A DNA stretch of 64,000 nucleotides from Candidatus Binatia bacterium (GCA_050176585.1 JBFXHX010000018.1:20156-84155), one strand, 5' to 3'. Shown: positions 10,353-18,948, counted from the stretch's first letter. Notes: generated by a model from the letters alone, not told the origin. Made by a program: numbers and translations.

Positions 10353-11156
10353 ATGCGGATGCTGAGGCGCCGTGGGTACGTCCCGCGAACGGCAAAGGCG
10401 CTGTGGGTGGTGCTAGCCCTGCTTGCCCAGCCGGCGGGTGGCGCGCAACCCAAGATCGAGGCCGGCGCCGCGCCCATGGCGCTCCCCGCGGGGGTATCCA
10501 CGGCATCCGTGGTCCTCTACGAGCAGACCGACAGTGCCAGTGGGAACGGCGCCCCGGCGCAGAACTTCGGGCCGCCGTACGAAGCCTTCGACTCGGAGGG
10601 CGCTGACGACTTCATCGTCACTGGGCCAGGATGGAAGATCACGCAAGTGTTGATGATTACCACCGCCGAGGTAGTGGGCGCCGCGAGCGTCGATCTCACA
10701 TTCTACAGCGACGCCGGCGGGGTCCCCGGCGCAGCCGAAGCGGCATACACCGGTGTCATCCCGACCGCGGACACGCCGAATCTGGAGATCACGCTGCCGA
10801 CGCCCGCCGTGCTGCGCCCGGGCCTGCACTGGGTCGGCATTGCAGTGAATCAGAACTTTCAGACACACGGCCAGCGGTTTTGGTCGAACCGCCTCGTGCA
10901 GAGCAACAACCCGAGCGTGTGGCGGAACCCAGGGAACGGGTTCGCCACCGGTTGCACGACTTTCGACACGCAAATCGCGTGCGGTGTCGGGGGCGGCACG
11001 AATCCCGATTTCCTGTTTCAGGTGATCGGCGAGCTCGCGGAGCCTCAGCCGGTCATTGCGCCCGCGACCGGCGCCCGTGGTTTGATGATTTGTACGCTGG
11101 TGCTTCTAATCATCGGGCGGGTGCGTATCGCTCGCGCGAGCGCGCGCCGCACCTGA
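10353..11156 (+). CDS. Secreted hypothetical protein with a C-terminal TM helix plus Arg-rich tail
   Basis: Signal peptide MRMLRRRGYVPRTAKALWVVLALLAQPAGGAQP. C-terminus …PQPVIAPATGARGLMICTLVLLIIGRVRIARASARRT. No family recognised. The GTG at 10323 is an alternative start. Confidence 0.6.
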   Translation: MRMLRRRGYVPRTAKALWVVLALLAQPAGGAQPKIEAGAAPMALPAGVSTASVVLYEQTDSASGNGAPAQNFGPPYEAFDSEGADDFIVTGPGWKITQVLMITTAEVVGAASVDLTFYSDAGGVPGAAEAAYTGVIPTADTPNLEITLPTPAVLRPGLHWVGIAVNQNFQTHGQRFWSNRLVQSNNPSVWRNPGNGFATGCTTFDTQIACGVGGGTNPDFLFQVIGELAEPQPVIAPATGARGLMICTLVLLIIGRVRIARASARRT

Positions 11157-11206
11157 ACGGGCGCGGTGCCCGCCAGCCGCTCGGGGTGCGTAGACGCGCG
11201 CGATGG

Positions 11207-11714
11207 TCAAAGGAGGCGCACCAGGGCGCGTTCGAGGCAACGCGCGATCTCATCGCGACATGCCGCGAACAAGGCCCGTCGCGTCCGGCCGGACCTCGAT
11301 GTCCCCGCACGCTGCGGTGCGCCTCGGGAAAGCCGCTGCACAGCATGCTTCCCTGTTCTTCGGTCCATCGTGGGGATGAGATCAGCGCTGGCGATCATAT
11401 CGCGGTGCCGCTTGAGATCGACGGAGGTGCGCTCGGACGCAGCTGGATGCCAATCTCGCTGAGCGCCAGGTGCGCATCGAGCGAAATGAGCGCGCCGTCG
11501 CGCGCGTAGGGCGCGACTCCGCCCGAGGTCACGCGATATCGCGCGGCCCTGCCGGAGCGCGCGCGCAACAGATGCTCGAGCAACGCGTGGGCGAGGCGCT
11601 GCGGCTCGTGTTCGCGTGGCAGACGAACAGAATGGTGCGGACGGGCTCGGTCGCGCTTGCGTCCGCGCGCGGACGTCCTGTACCGCCGCACCCGGCGCCA
11701 GCGTCAGCACCCAT
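11207..11714 (-). pseudogene. Low-molecular-weight protein tyrosine/arginine phosphatase (or ArsC-like) gene split over three reading frames
   Basis: Frame A carries the P-loop ILFVCHANTSRS. Frame B continues RLAHALLEHLL…YRVTSGGVAP…SEIGI. Frame C ends …IASADLIPTMD…RDEIARCLERALVRLL*. The ATG at 11712-11714 overlaps the SDR stop (ATGGGTGCTGA). The span is 508 nt, which is 170 codons minus 2 nt. Confidence 0.6.
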
Positions 11715-12642
11715 CGGGAATGACCGAAGCGAGCGTCTCCTTTGCAGTGATCCCTTTCTCCAGCTCCGCTTTGAGCACGATGCCCAGACTCGCCGGATCC
11801 CACGTCGACAGCTGAGACACCTTGCCGACGGAATGCCAGCCCTGCATCAGCCAGATCGTCCCGCCACCTACGCGGAACACTTCTCCGTGCGTACCCGCCG
11901 CGGCATCGCTGCCCAGCCATACGACCAGCGGTGCGACGTTGCGCGGGTCGAAGACATCGAACTTGTCCTCCTCCGCCGGCTTGGCCATCAGCCCGGCGAC
12001 TGCGGGTGTCGCATCGACGGTCAAGCGCGTGCGAGCGATCGGCGCGATGGCGTTGCAGCATACGCCGTACTTCTGCATCTCGCCGTCGACGACGATTGCC
12101 ATCGCGGCCACCGCGGCCTTGGCGGCGCTGTAGTTCGTCTGGCCGAAGTTGCCGAGCAGGCCGGAGTCCGACGTGGTGTTGATGATGCGGCCGTTCAGCA
12201 CATTGCCCTTCTTGTGTTCGTCGCGCCAGTACGCGCACGCGTGACGGCTCATCGAAAACGTGCCCTTCAGGTGTACGCCGATCACGGCGTCCCAGTCCTC
12301 TTCGCTCATGTTGAAGATGGTGCGGTCGCGCAGGATGCCGGCGTTGTTCACGACGATGTTGAGCTTCCCGAAGTTGTCGAGCGCGCAGTCGATGATGCGT
12401 TTGGCGCCGGTGAAATCGGCGACGCTCTCGCCGTTCGCGACTGCTTCACCGCCTCGCGCCTTGATCTCGTCGACCACCTGCTGCGCAGGGCTCGGATCCG
12501 CGCCGCTGCCGTCGAAGTGCGCGCCGAGATCGTTGACGACCACTTTGGCGCCGTGCGCCGCCATCAGCAGCGCCTCTTCCCGTCCGATGCCGCGGCCGGC
12601 CCCGGTGATGATCGCGACCTTCCCCTCGAGCAGGCGGGCCAT
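11704..12642 (-). CDS. Short-chain dehydrogenase/reductase (SDR) family oxidoreductase
   Basis: TGAGRGIG cofactor motif, NNAG, and catalytic Y..AK (NYSAAKAA). GGAGGAG SD before ATG 12642. Confidence 0.9.
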   Translation of the reverse strand: MARLLEGKVAIITGAGRGIGREEALLMAAHGAKVVVNDLGAHFDGSGADPSPAQQVVDEIKARGGEAVANGESVADFTGAKRIIDCALDNFGKLNIVVNNAGILRDRTIFNMSEEDWDAVIGVHLKGTFSMSRHACAYWRDEHKKGNVLNGRIINTTSDSGLLGNFGQTNYSAAKAAVAAMAIVVDGEMQKYGVCCNAIAPIARTRLTVDATPAVAGLMAKPAEEDKFDVFDPRNVAPLVVWLGSDAAAGTHGEVFRVGGGTIWLMQGWHSVGKVSQLSTWDPASLGIVLKAELEKGITAKETLASVIPDGC

Positions 12643-12753
12643 GCCAGTTCTCCTCCGTCGCCGAAATGCTGTGCATGGGCCGGGCGGACCCCGCGCGCGA
12701 CGTCGCCGGAGTCGGTCGGCCGCGGCGATACCTCCGCCGAACCGGTGGGCAAG

Positions 12754-13263
12754 TCAAGGCGTGCCGCGCGTCCGCAGTGCCGCGAGCACCAGCGCGTCAG
12801 TGGGAAACGCGAGAGCGGGCAGCCGTTCAGGGGCGAAGTAGGCGAGCGCGTCTAAATCGTCCCCAGGTAACGCCTGTCCGCCGGTCACGTGACCGGCGAA
12901 CCAGATGCCCACGGTCTGGCGCGCGCGATCGTGAAAATTGGAATGCACGGCCAGCACGTCTCCGAGCGCCACCTCGAGGGCGGTTTCTTCGCGCATCTCG
13001 CGCCGCGCTGCATCGCGCACGTCTTCATCCCACTCGACGTAACCGCACGGAATGCACCAGAGGCCGGCGTACTGGCCGCGGCTACGGCGCCCCAACAACA
13101 CACCGCCCTGATCGCGGAGCACCACCGCCACGCCGACCGCCGGATTGCGATAATGAATCCGCCCGCAGCTTTCGCAGGTCGGGCGCGGGTGCCCGTCGTG
13201 CGTCTGCAGGCGCACCGGCGCGGCGCAGGAGCTGCAATAAGCATGAGGGTGCGCTGCCAGCAT
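12754..13263 (-). CDS. NUDIX hydrolase with an N-terminal zinc ribbon
   Basis: CSSC…CESC ribbon. Nudix box: [23 protein letters not shown]. Confidence 0.85.
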   Translation of the reverse strand: MLAAHPHAYCSSCAAPVRLQTHDGHPRPTCESCGRIHYRNPAVGVAVVLRDQGGVLLGRRSRGQYAGLWCIPCGYVEWDEDVRDAARREMREETALEVALGDVLAVHSNFHDRARQTVGIWFAGHVTGGQALPGDDLDALAYFAPERLPALAFPTDALVLAALRTRGTP

Positions 13264-13316
13264 AAGTCCTCTCTAGATCAGCTCTTTCTGGCCATACAGG
13301 GCCGGAGCTTTTTTGG

Positions 13317-13345
13317 TTGATTTGTGTGTGACGGGAGCCTAGTAT
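13317..13345 (+). promoter_or_regulatory. Sigma-70-like promoter candidate TTGATT-N17-TAGTAT
   Basis: Read directly in the relatively AT-rich gap upstream of ATG 13359. The leader would be very short. Confidence 0.3.
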
Positions 13346-13358
13346 CCGCCGCGTCGGA

Positions 13359-14294
13359 ATGCGTGGAGCGGCGGTCAAGAGCGTCTGGGGGGTTAAGATC
13401 GCACTCGCCCTCCTGAGCGGAATTTTCGGGGCAACGGCCCGGGCCGATGCGCCCCCCCAGCGGCTGCCTTCGGCGGTGATCATTTTCCCCTTTGTTAGCA
13501 CCGAAGGTGGCGGCGCGAGCGTGGATACCCGGATCGAGCTGGTCAATCTGACCAGCCGTCCGGTGCATGCGAAGTGCGTTTTCGTCTTCGCCCCGAGCTG
13601 CGGCGGCATCAATTTCCACATCTATCTCACTCCCAACCAGCCATTCTCGTGGCTGGCGAGCCAGGGCTCGCGCGGCGTGGGCTTAACCGCCGTACCGCCC
13701 TTGCAGGGGACCGGCGAGCTGAAGTGCATCGTTCAAACGGAAGAGGAGCCGGTCGATCGCCACAACGCGCTGCAGGGCCGGGCGGCGGTCTTTGGCGCCG
13801 ATGGCCAGACGATCGGGTACAGCGCGGTCGGCTTTCTGCGGCTGACCGACGGGCTCGCCACGAACGTGATCTCGCTCGACGGCGCCACCTACACGCAGTG
13901 CCCGGATGAGCAGCACTTTTTGTTCTTGTCCAGCGAGACCGGCCAGCCGCAGACCGAGAGCGAGATCATTCTGGCGCCGTGCACGGAAGACCTCGAGAAC
14001 ATCGTGCCGACGGGCACCAACGTACAGTTCGTCGTCGTGAATGAGTTCGAGCAGCGGTTTTCGGCTTCCACCAACGTAAACTGTTATGCGCGCCTCAGGC
14101 TGCGCCAGATCAGCCACGCGTTCACGCGCGACGTTCTCGGGTCGCAGACCGGGCACATCGTTGTCAAAGGCGTGCAGTCCTCGATTCTGGCGATGCTCAT
14201 CGATCGCTTCACGACGCCGGACGGGGCGCGCGGGACTGCTGGCAACGAACCGGCGCTACGCGGCGGGCGGTTTGGGGAGATTCGCTTGCCATGA
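13359..14294 (+). CDS. Secreted hypothetical protein, paralogue A of an unrecognised six-Cys domain
   Basis: Signal peptide …ALALLSGIFGATARA|DA. Colinear similarity to the next gene across about 270 aa. Confidence 0.75.
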   Translation: MRGAAVKSVWGVKIALALLSGIFGATARADAPPQRLPSAVIIFPFVSTEGGGASVDTRIELVNLTSRPVHAKCVFVFAPSCGGINFHIYLTPNQPFSWLASQGSRGVGLTAVPPLQGTGELKCIVQTEEEPVDRHNALQGRAAVFGADGQTIGYSAVGFLRLTDGLATNVISLDGATYTQCPDEQHFLFLSSETGQPQTESEIILAPCTEDLENIVPTGTNVQFVVVNEFEQRFSASTNVNCYARLRLRQISHAFTRDVLGSQTGHIVVKGVQSSILAMLIDRFTTPDGARGTAGNEPALRGGRFGEIRLP

Positions 14295-15556
14295 GCCGCG
14301 GGTGGCGTGCGCGCATAGCCCGAATCGCCGCCGTCGTCGCATTTGGCGTCGGCATGGCGCATCCGGTTGCGGCGCAGCCGGCCGTCAATTGGAACGCCGT
14401 CATGCGCGCGCTCGGCGGCGCGCTCGATTCTTGGCGGCTCTCGCCGTTGGGCGGCCCGCGGAACACGCCTGGGGCGCCGACCCGCACCATGCGCCCGACG
14501 CGCACGCCCACGTCGACACGCCCGGCGACCGCAACCCGCACGGGGACCGCGACGCGCACGGAGACGAGGACCCGTCCCGCCACGCGAACGGGGACCCCGA
14601 CCCGCACGATCACCAACACGCGCGTCCCGAGCTTTACGCGGACTCCGCGCCCCACCGCGACACCGGTCCCGACGCTGGCGAACGACGGGCAGATCTCGTT
14701 CCTCGCCACCGCGCAGGGCGTTCCTCCCGCCCAGAAACTGGCCTCGGCTCTGCTTGTGTTTCCTTACATCGCGACCAGCTCGACCCAGGATACGCGCATC
14801 GAGCTGATGAACATGTCGGATCGCGACGTCGAGTTGCAGTGCTTCTACGTACGGCAGAGCGACTGCATCGAGGTCGGGTTCTTCGTCCGGCTCACGCCGC
14901 AACAACCTCTGTCGTGGCTGGCGAACGACGGGGCCAGCAATCCCCTGACGTTGACCGCGGTGCCACCGTTCGACGGCCCCGGCGAGCTCAAGTGCGCGGT
15001 TGCTGCCGAACGCCCCGAGTTGAGCGCGCACAACGCCATTCAGGGGCGTGCGCTCGTCTACGATCGGTTCTCCGGCGAGACCGTTGGCTATGACGCCGTC
15101 GGATTCCAGCGCCTGAGCCCCGGTACGTACAACGGCATCATCGATCTGGACGGCTTTACGTACGAGCAGTGCCCCGACCGGCTGCATTTCGTCGTGCTCA
15201 CCCGTCAAACAGGCGGGCCCTCCAGCGAGCTGATCACGGTGCCCTGTGCGGAGGACCTGCTCTTCCAGACGCCCACCGAGACGACCGTGCAGCTCGCGAT
15301 CATCAACGAGTTCGAGCAGGTGTTTTCATCCTCGTACCGCCTGAAGTGCATGAGCAGCCAGTCGTTCTCGCGCTTCGGGACGCTCGGGAAATCGACCCTC
15401 GGCACCGACACCGCTCACCTGATCGTCCGCGGCGTGTCTTCACCGCTCATCGGTCTGGTGATCGATCGCTTCAACGGGCAGAACAACACGCTGCACACTA
15501 CGGCAAACGAGCCCTTCCTCGAGGGCGGGCGCGACTCGCGCGTGATCTTCCCCTGA
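14291..15556 (+). CDS. Secreted hypothetical protein, paralogue B, with a Thr/Arg/Pro-rich linker
   Basis: The ATG overlaps the upstream stop (ATGA). Signal peptide …AAVVAFGVGMAHPVAAQ. Same conserved blocks and six aligned Cys as paralogue A. Confidence 0.75.
   Translation: MSRGWRARIARIAAVVAFGVGMAHPVAAQPAVNWNAVMRALGGALDSWRLSPLGGPRNTPGAPTRTMRPTRTPTSTRPATATRTGTATRTETRTRPATRTGTPTRTITNTRVPSFTRTPRPTATPVPTLANDGQISFLATAQGVPPAQKLASALLVFPYIATSSTQDTRIELMNMSDRDVELQCFYVRQSDCIEVGFFVRLTPQQPLSWLANDGASNPLTLTAVPPFDGPGELKCAVAAERPELSAHNAIQGRALVYDRFSGETVGYDAVGFQRLSPGTYNGIIDLDGFTYEQCPDRLHFVVLTRQTGGPSSELITVPCAEDLLFQTPTETTVQLAIINEFEQVFSSSYRLKCMSSQSFSRFGTLGKSTLGTDTAHLIVRGVSSPLIGLVIDRFNGQNNTLHTTANEPFLEGGRDSRVIFP
14468..14674 (+). 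repeat. Low-complexity coding repeat (PTRT/TRT units) forming the linker of paralogue B
   Basis: Translation: PGAPTRTMRPTRTPTSTRPATATRTGTATRTETRTRPATRTGTPTRTITNTRVPSFTRTPRPTATPVPT. The DNA is reiterated ACSCGC-like units. Confidence 0.7.
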
Positions 15557-15585
15557 TCGGGACGCACCTGCGTCGGCAGTTTGCC

Positions 15586-15613
15586 TTGCCGTCGGTCCGC
15601 GGCGCCGTATAAT
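15586..15613 (+). promoter_or_regulatory. Promoter candidate TTGCCG-N16-TATAAT (perfect -10 hexamer)
   Basis: Perfect TATAAT at 15608-15613, conspicuous in this GC-rich sequence. The GTG of the mini-ORF starts 9 nt downstream. Confidence 0.3.
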
Positions 15614-15621
15614 GCCGCCCC

Positions 15622-15762
15622 GTGCGGGAGTTTGTGTACGGGCTGATACTCGGTGCCGCGGCGATGTACTGCTTCGAGTACCTCGATGCGCCGGGGGTGT
15701 TGGCGTATCTGAACAGCGCGACCGAATCGGCCGTTCAATCGACGCACGGCTATTCGCGTTGA
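15622..15762 (+). CDS. Possible leaderless 46-aa membrane mini-protein (VREFVYGLILGAAAMYCFEYLDAPGVLAYLNSATESAVQSTHGYSR)
   Basis: Not in the ORF track, presumably because it is below the length cut-off. GC3-rich codons, one hydrophobic segment and no SD. It starts about 8 nt after the TATAAT. Confidence 0.35.
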   Translation: MREFVYGLILGAAAMYCFEYLDAPGVLAYLNSATESAVQSTHGYSR

Positions 15763-15768
15763 GCGCGC

Positions 15769-16581
15769 TCAGCCCCCGAGGGCGAGGACGCGGCGGCCGC
15801 ACCCCGAGCGCACGGCGTCCTGCAGTAGCAGCTTGATCTCGGACTTGCCGAGATTGCCCTCCTGCCGCAGCGCCTTCAGGTAACGCGCTACGCAGTGCAC
15901 GTACGCGCGCTGGTTCGGCCATTCCTCGCCGCTGGACGGCCCGTCGCACGGGCACGTTTGTGCCAGCGCACACCCGTCGTGTAGCACGGGATCGCCGGGC
16001 GAAGTGTCCGGGCACGCGTCGCAGGAGTCACCCACGTCGTCGCCGTCGGTATCCGTCTGGGTGGCGGTGGCGAGCGCCGGGCAGTTGTCCGATGCGTCGC
16101 TCACGCCGTCGCCGTCGACATCCGGAGCGCGGCTGACCTCCGGGATGGCCACCAAGGTGATGGCAAACCGGCTGCGGACGCCTTGGGGGGACAAGAGGTG
16201 CAAGCGGATCTCGCCGGGTTTGGATGACTGTCGGCGCCCGCTGGTCAATAGAATCGGCACCCCATTGAACCGCGCGTCGATCACCATCGCCAGGCGACCG
16301 TCGGCGAAGCGCTGCAGAAATCCGGAGCCTGCGATGTTCGTGCTCGGGCCGCTCCAGCGCAAGCCGGTGACCGCTTCCACGGCGTAATCCGTGCCGGGCA
16401 AGATACTGACGTCGAAGACGCCCGTCAGCGGTTCGCTGCGGCTCTCGGCTGGATCGCACCCCTCGCAGCGCGTGACCAACCGGCTCTCCGGCGCGAGCAC
16501 GTACCGCACGGTATCTGCGGCTGCCGACCGCCCCCAAGCTCCCGCAACCGCCAGCGCGAGCAGAAACCCTTGCCAGCGCAT
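15769..16581 (-). CDS. Secreted protein with thrombospondin type-3-like calcium-binding repeats
   Basis: Signal peptide MRWQGFLLALAVAGAWGRSAAA. Repeats: DVDGDGVSDASDNCP…TDTDGDDVGDSCDACPD. Cys-rich C-terminal segment. Confidence 0.7.
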   Translation of the reverse strand: MRWQGFLLALAVAGAWGRSAAADTVRYVLAPESRLVTRCEGCDPAESRSEPLTGVFDVSILPGTDYAVEAVTGLRWSGPSTNIAGSGFLQRFADGRLAMVIDARFNGVPILLTSGRRQSSKPGEIRLHLLSPQGVRSRFAITLVAIPEVSRAPDVDGDGVSDASDNCPALATATQTDTDGDDVGDSCDACPDTSPGDPVLHDGCALAQTCPCDGPSSGEEWPNQRAYVHCVARYLKALRQEGNLGKSEIKLLLQDAVRSGCGRRVLALGG

Positions 16582-16667
16582 GGCGCGACGATACGCCCGA
16601 GGCTCAGCAGTGGCAAGTGCAAAGAAAACCGGCGGCATCGCGTGCCGCGGCTGGACGCGCTAGGAGA

Positions 16668-16841
16668 TCACGGGACCGATGTCCCGTTGGCCGCGCGCTT
16701 GGGCTTGGTGACGACGACCACGTCTTGGCCGTTCACGCGCACTGTGCGCCGATCGTTCACCGATGGGCGCGCGGCCGACTTCCGCGCCCGGTCCTCCCGC
16801 CATTTGCGCAGCTGGTCCTCGAGATCGCCGCCTTTCGGCAT
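16668..16841 (-). CDS. Small basic hypothetical protein (57 aa)
   Basis: Strong SD (AAGGAGGAGGG) directly upstream of ATG 16841. GC3-rich codons. Located 57 nt downstream of rpoD on the same strand. Confidence 0.4.
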   Translation of the reverse strand: MPKGGDLEDQLRKWREDRARKSAARPSVNDRRTVRVNGQDVVVVTKPKRAANGTSVP

Positions 16842-16897
16842 TCCCTCCTCCTTGCTCCCCTCCACCACGATGTTCTGGCTGTCAGGCCGGCTGTTCC

Positions 16898-18673
16898 TCA
16901 GTTGCCGACGAACGACTCGATGGATCGAGCGCGACTGGGATGGCGCAGCTTGCGCAATGCCTTGGCCTCGATCTGTCGAATTCTCTCGCGCGTGACTGCG
17001 AACCGCTGCCCCACTTCCTCGAGGGTGTAGTCCGATTTTTCCCCGATGCCGAACCGCATACGCAGGATCTGTTCCTCGCGCGGCGTGAGCGTGGCCAGCA
17101 CCTTGCGGGTCTGTTCCTCGAGGCTGGTGTACACCGCCGCGTCGGCGGGTGAGACGGTCTGCCGGTCCTCGACAAAGTCGCCCAGCGAGCTCTCTTCCTC
17201 ATCGCCGATCGGCGTCTCGAGTGACACCGGCTCCTTGACGATGCGGAGCACGTTGCGGACCTTGTCGAGCGGCATCTCCATCTTCGCGGCGATTTCTTCC
17301 GGCGTCGGCTCCCGTCCCAACTGTTGCACCAGATACCGAGAGGACCGCACCACCTTGTTGATCGTCTCGATCATGTGCACGGGAATGCGAATCGTGCGCG
17401 CCTGATCGGCGATCGCGCGGCTCACCGACTGGCGAATCCACCAGGTGGCGTATGTCGAGAATTTATAGCCGCGTTGATACTCGAACTTTTCGACCGCGCG
17501 CATCAGGCCGATGTTGCCCTCCTGCACGAGGTCGAGGAAGCCCAACCCGCGGTTCGTGTACCGCTTGGCAATGCTGACCACGAGGCGCAGGTTGGCCTCG
17601 ATCAGGCGTTTCTGGCCATCCTGAGCCTTGAACTCGCCCTGGCGGATGATGCGGAGCGTCTGCGACAGGCGCTCCTGGGGCATGCCGATCTCGCCCTCGA
17701 GGTCGCCGATCTGCTTGCGCGCCGCTTTCAGCTCGTCGACGAGTCGGCGCGCCTCCTCGAGGCCTACGCGCAGCTGCCGCGCGGCGGCTGCCGCCTGGCG
17801 GCTGTCGTCGCTCTTCACGCGCGGCGCCAGCCGCAGCACCTGTGGGGCCGTCTGCCGGGTTCGCTTTTCGATCGCGGCGATCAGGTCGTACTGTTGGTCG
17901 AGCACGCGCTCGGCCTTCTTCAGTTTCTCCACCACGGTCGTGATGTGCCGCTTGCCGAGCTGAAGCTCGTCCAGCACGCGCCGCACCCGCTGCTCGGCGG
18001 CGGCCAGCTTGCGGGCGAGTTGCGGCGACGGGCGCTTTAGCTTCCGCCCGGCTTCGTGGAGTTGCGTGCGCTCGGTGGCCGCCTTGCGCAGCTTCTCCAG
18101 CACCTTGAGGATCGCGCCGTCGGTGGCCTGCGCCTCTTCGCCGCCTTCCTCTTGGGAGTCGTCCTCGGCCTCCTCGTCCTGCAGCTCGCGTTCGCTCAGC
18201 TCTCCGGCTTTGATCCGATCGGCGAGCTCGAGGAGGTAGTTGATCACGAAGGGGTGGTTCAGCACGTTCTCGCGAACCTGCTTTTCACCTTCCTCGATCT
18301 GCTTGGCGATCTCGACCTCTTGTTCCCGGGTCAGGAGGGAGACGGCCCCGATTTCCTGGAGGTACATTCGGACTGGGTCCGATGTGTCCTCGGCAAAGCC
18401 GCCGCTGCTGGCCGGCGCCGGCGGACGCTCTTCGCGCTCCTCCTCGGTCCATTCAGCGTCCTTCTCGGGGACGTCTTTGCCGAGGCCAGCCTCGGCGAGA
18501 GACTCGACACTCTCGACGTCGATCTCGCCCAGCATGGAGATCACGCCATCGATCTCTTCGGTTGCACCGTCGCTCTGTCCCATGCGTTCGCCGATCTCGT
18601 CGAACGAACGCGTGTGTGCCTTGCTGTCGTCCGCGAGCTTGCGCGCCTTCGCGTGGGAACGATTACGCTCCAT
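16898..18673 (-). CDS. rpoD: RNA polymerase primary sigma factor RpoD (sigma-70)
   Basis: Regions 1.2-4.2 are recognisable: an acidic spacer, then …[38 protein letters not shown]…, then …[30 protein letters not shown]. Confidence 0.95.
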   Translation of the reverse strand: MERNRSHAKARKLADDSKAHTRSFDEIGERMGQSDGATEEIDGVISMLGEIDVESVESLAEAGLGKDVPEKDAEWTEEEREERPPAPASSGGFAEDTSDPVRMYLQEIGAVSLLTREQEVEIAKQIEEGEKQVRENVLNHPFVINYLLELADRIKAGELSERELQDEEAEDDSQEEGGEEAQATDGAILKVLEKLRKAATERTQLHEAGRKLKRPSPQLARKLAAAEQRVRRVLDELQLGKRHITTVVEKLKKAERVLDQQYDLIAAIEKRTRQTAPQVLRLAPRVKSDDSRQAAAAARQLRVGLEEARRLVDELKAARKQIGDLEGEIGMPQERLSQTLRIIRQGEFKAQDGQKRLIEANLRLVVSIAKRYTNRGLGFLDLVQEGNIGLMRAVEKFEYQRGYKFSTYATWWIRQSVSRAIADQARTIRIPVHMIETINKVVRSSRYLVQQLGREPTPEEIAAKMEMPLDKVRNVLRIVKEPVSLETPIGDEEESSLGDFVEDRQTVSPADAAVYTSLEEQTRKVLATLTPREEQILRMRFGIGEKSDYTLEEVGQRFAVTRERIRQIEAKALRKLRHPSRARSIESFVGN

Positions 18674-18948
18674 AGTCCTTCACCTGCTCACCCTCCAACG
18701 CTCGGGTCTGGCGACCGCCCGCTGGCGCACGGTGGAACAGGGCTCCGTGGCAGCGAGGGATGCGCGCGATCGCTCTGGAGTGCTCGACACCGGGGAATTG
18801 TCTAACGGTCGGCGCAGAAAACGGGTCGCCATCCGGGTGGAGAGGCCCAATTATCAGCCAAGGCACTATTAAACGGGGCCTTGGGACGAGTCAAGGCCGA
18901 TCCCAGCAAGCAGGAGAAAATCGCCTCTCTCGGCTGCGCTTGCCCGGT

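Noticed and set aside
11110-11346. 78-aa minus-strand ORF (MLCSGFPEAHRS…) as a separate small gene
   Set aside because: It is one of the alternative frames inside the frameshifted LMW phosphatase locus. It has no SD and no motifs of its own.
18857-18883. Hairpin CCAAGGC-N13-GCCTTGG downstream of ino1, considered as a terminator
   Set aside because: It has only a 7-bp stem, a large loop and no U-tract on the relevant strand. It is too weak to call.
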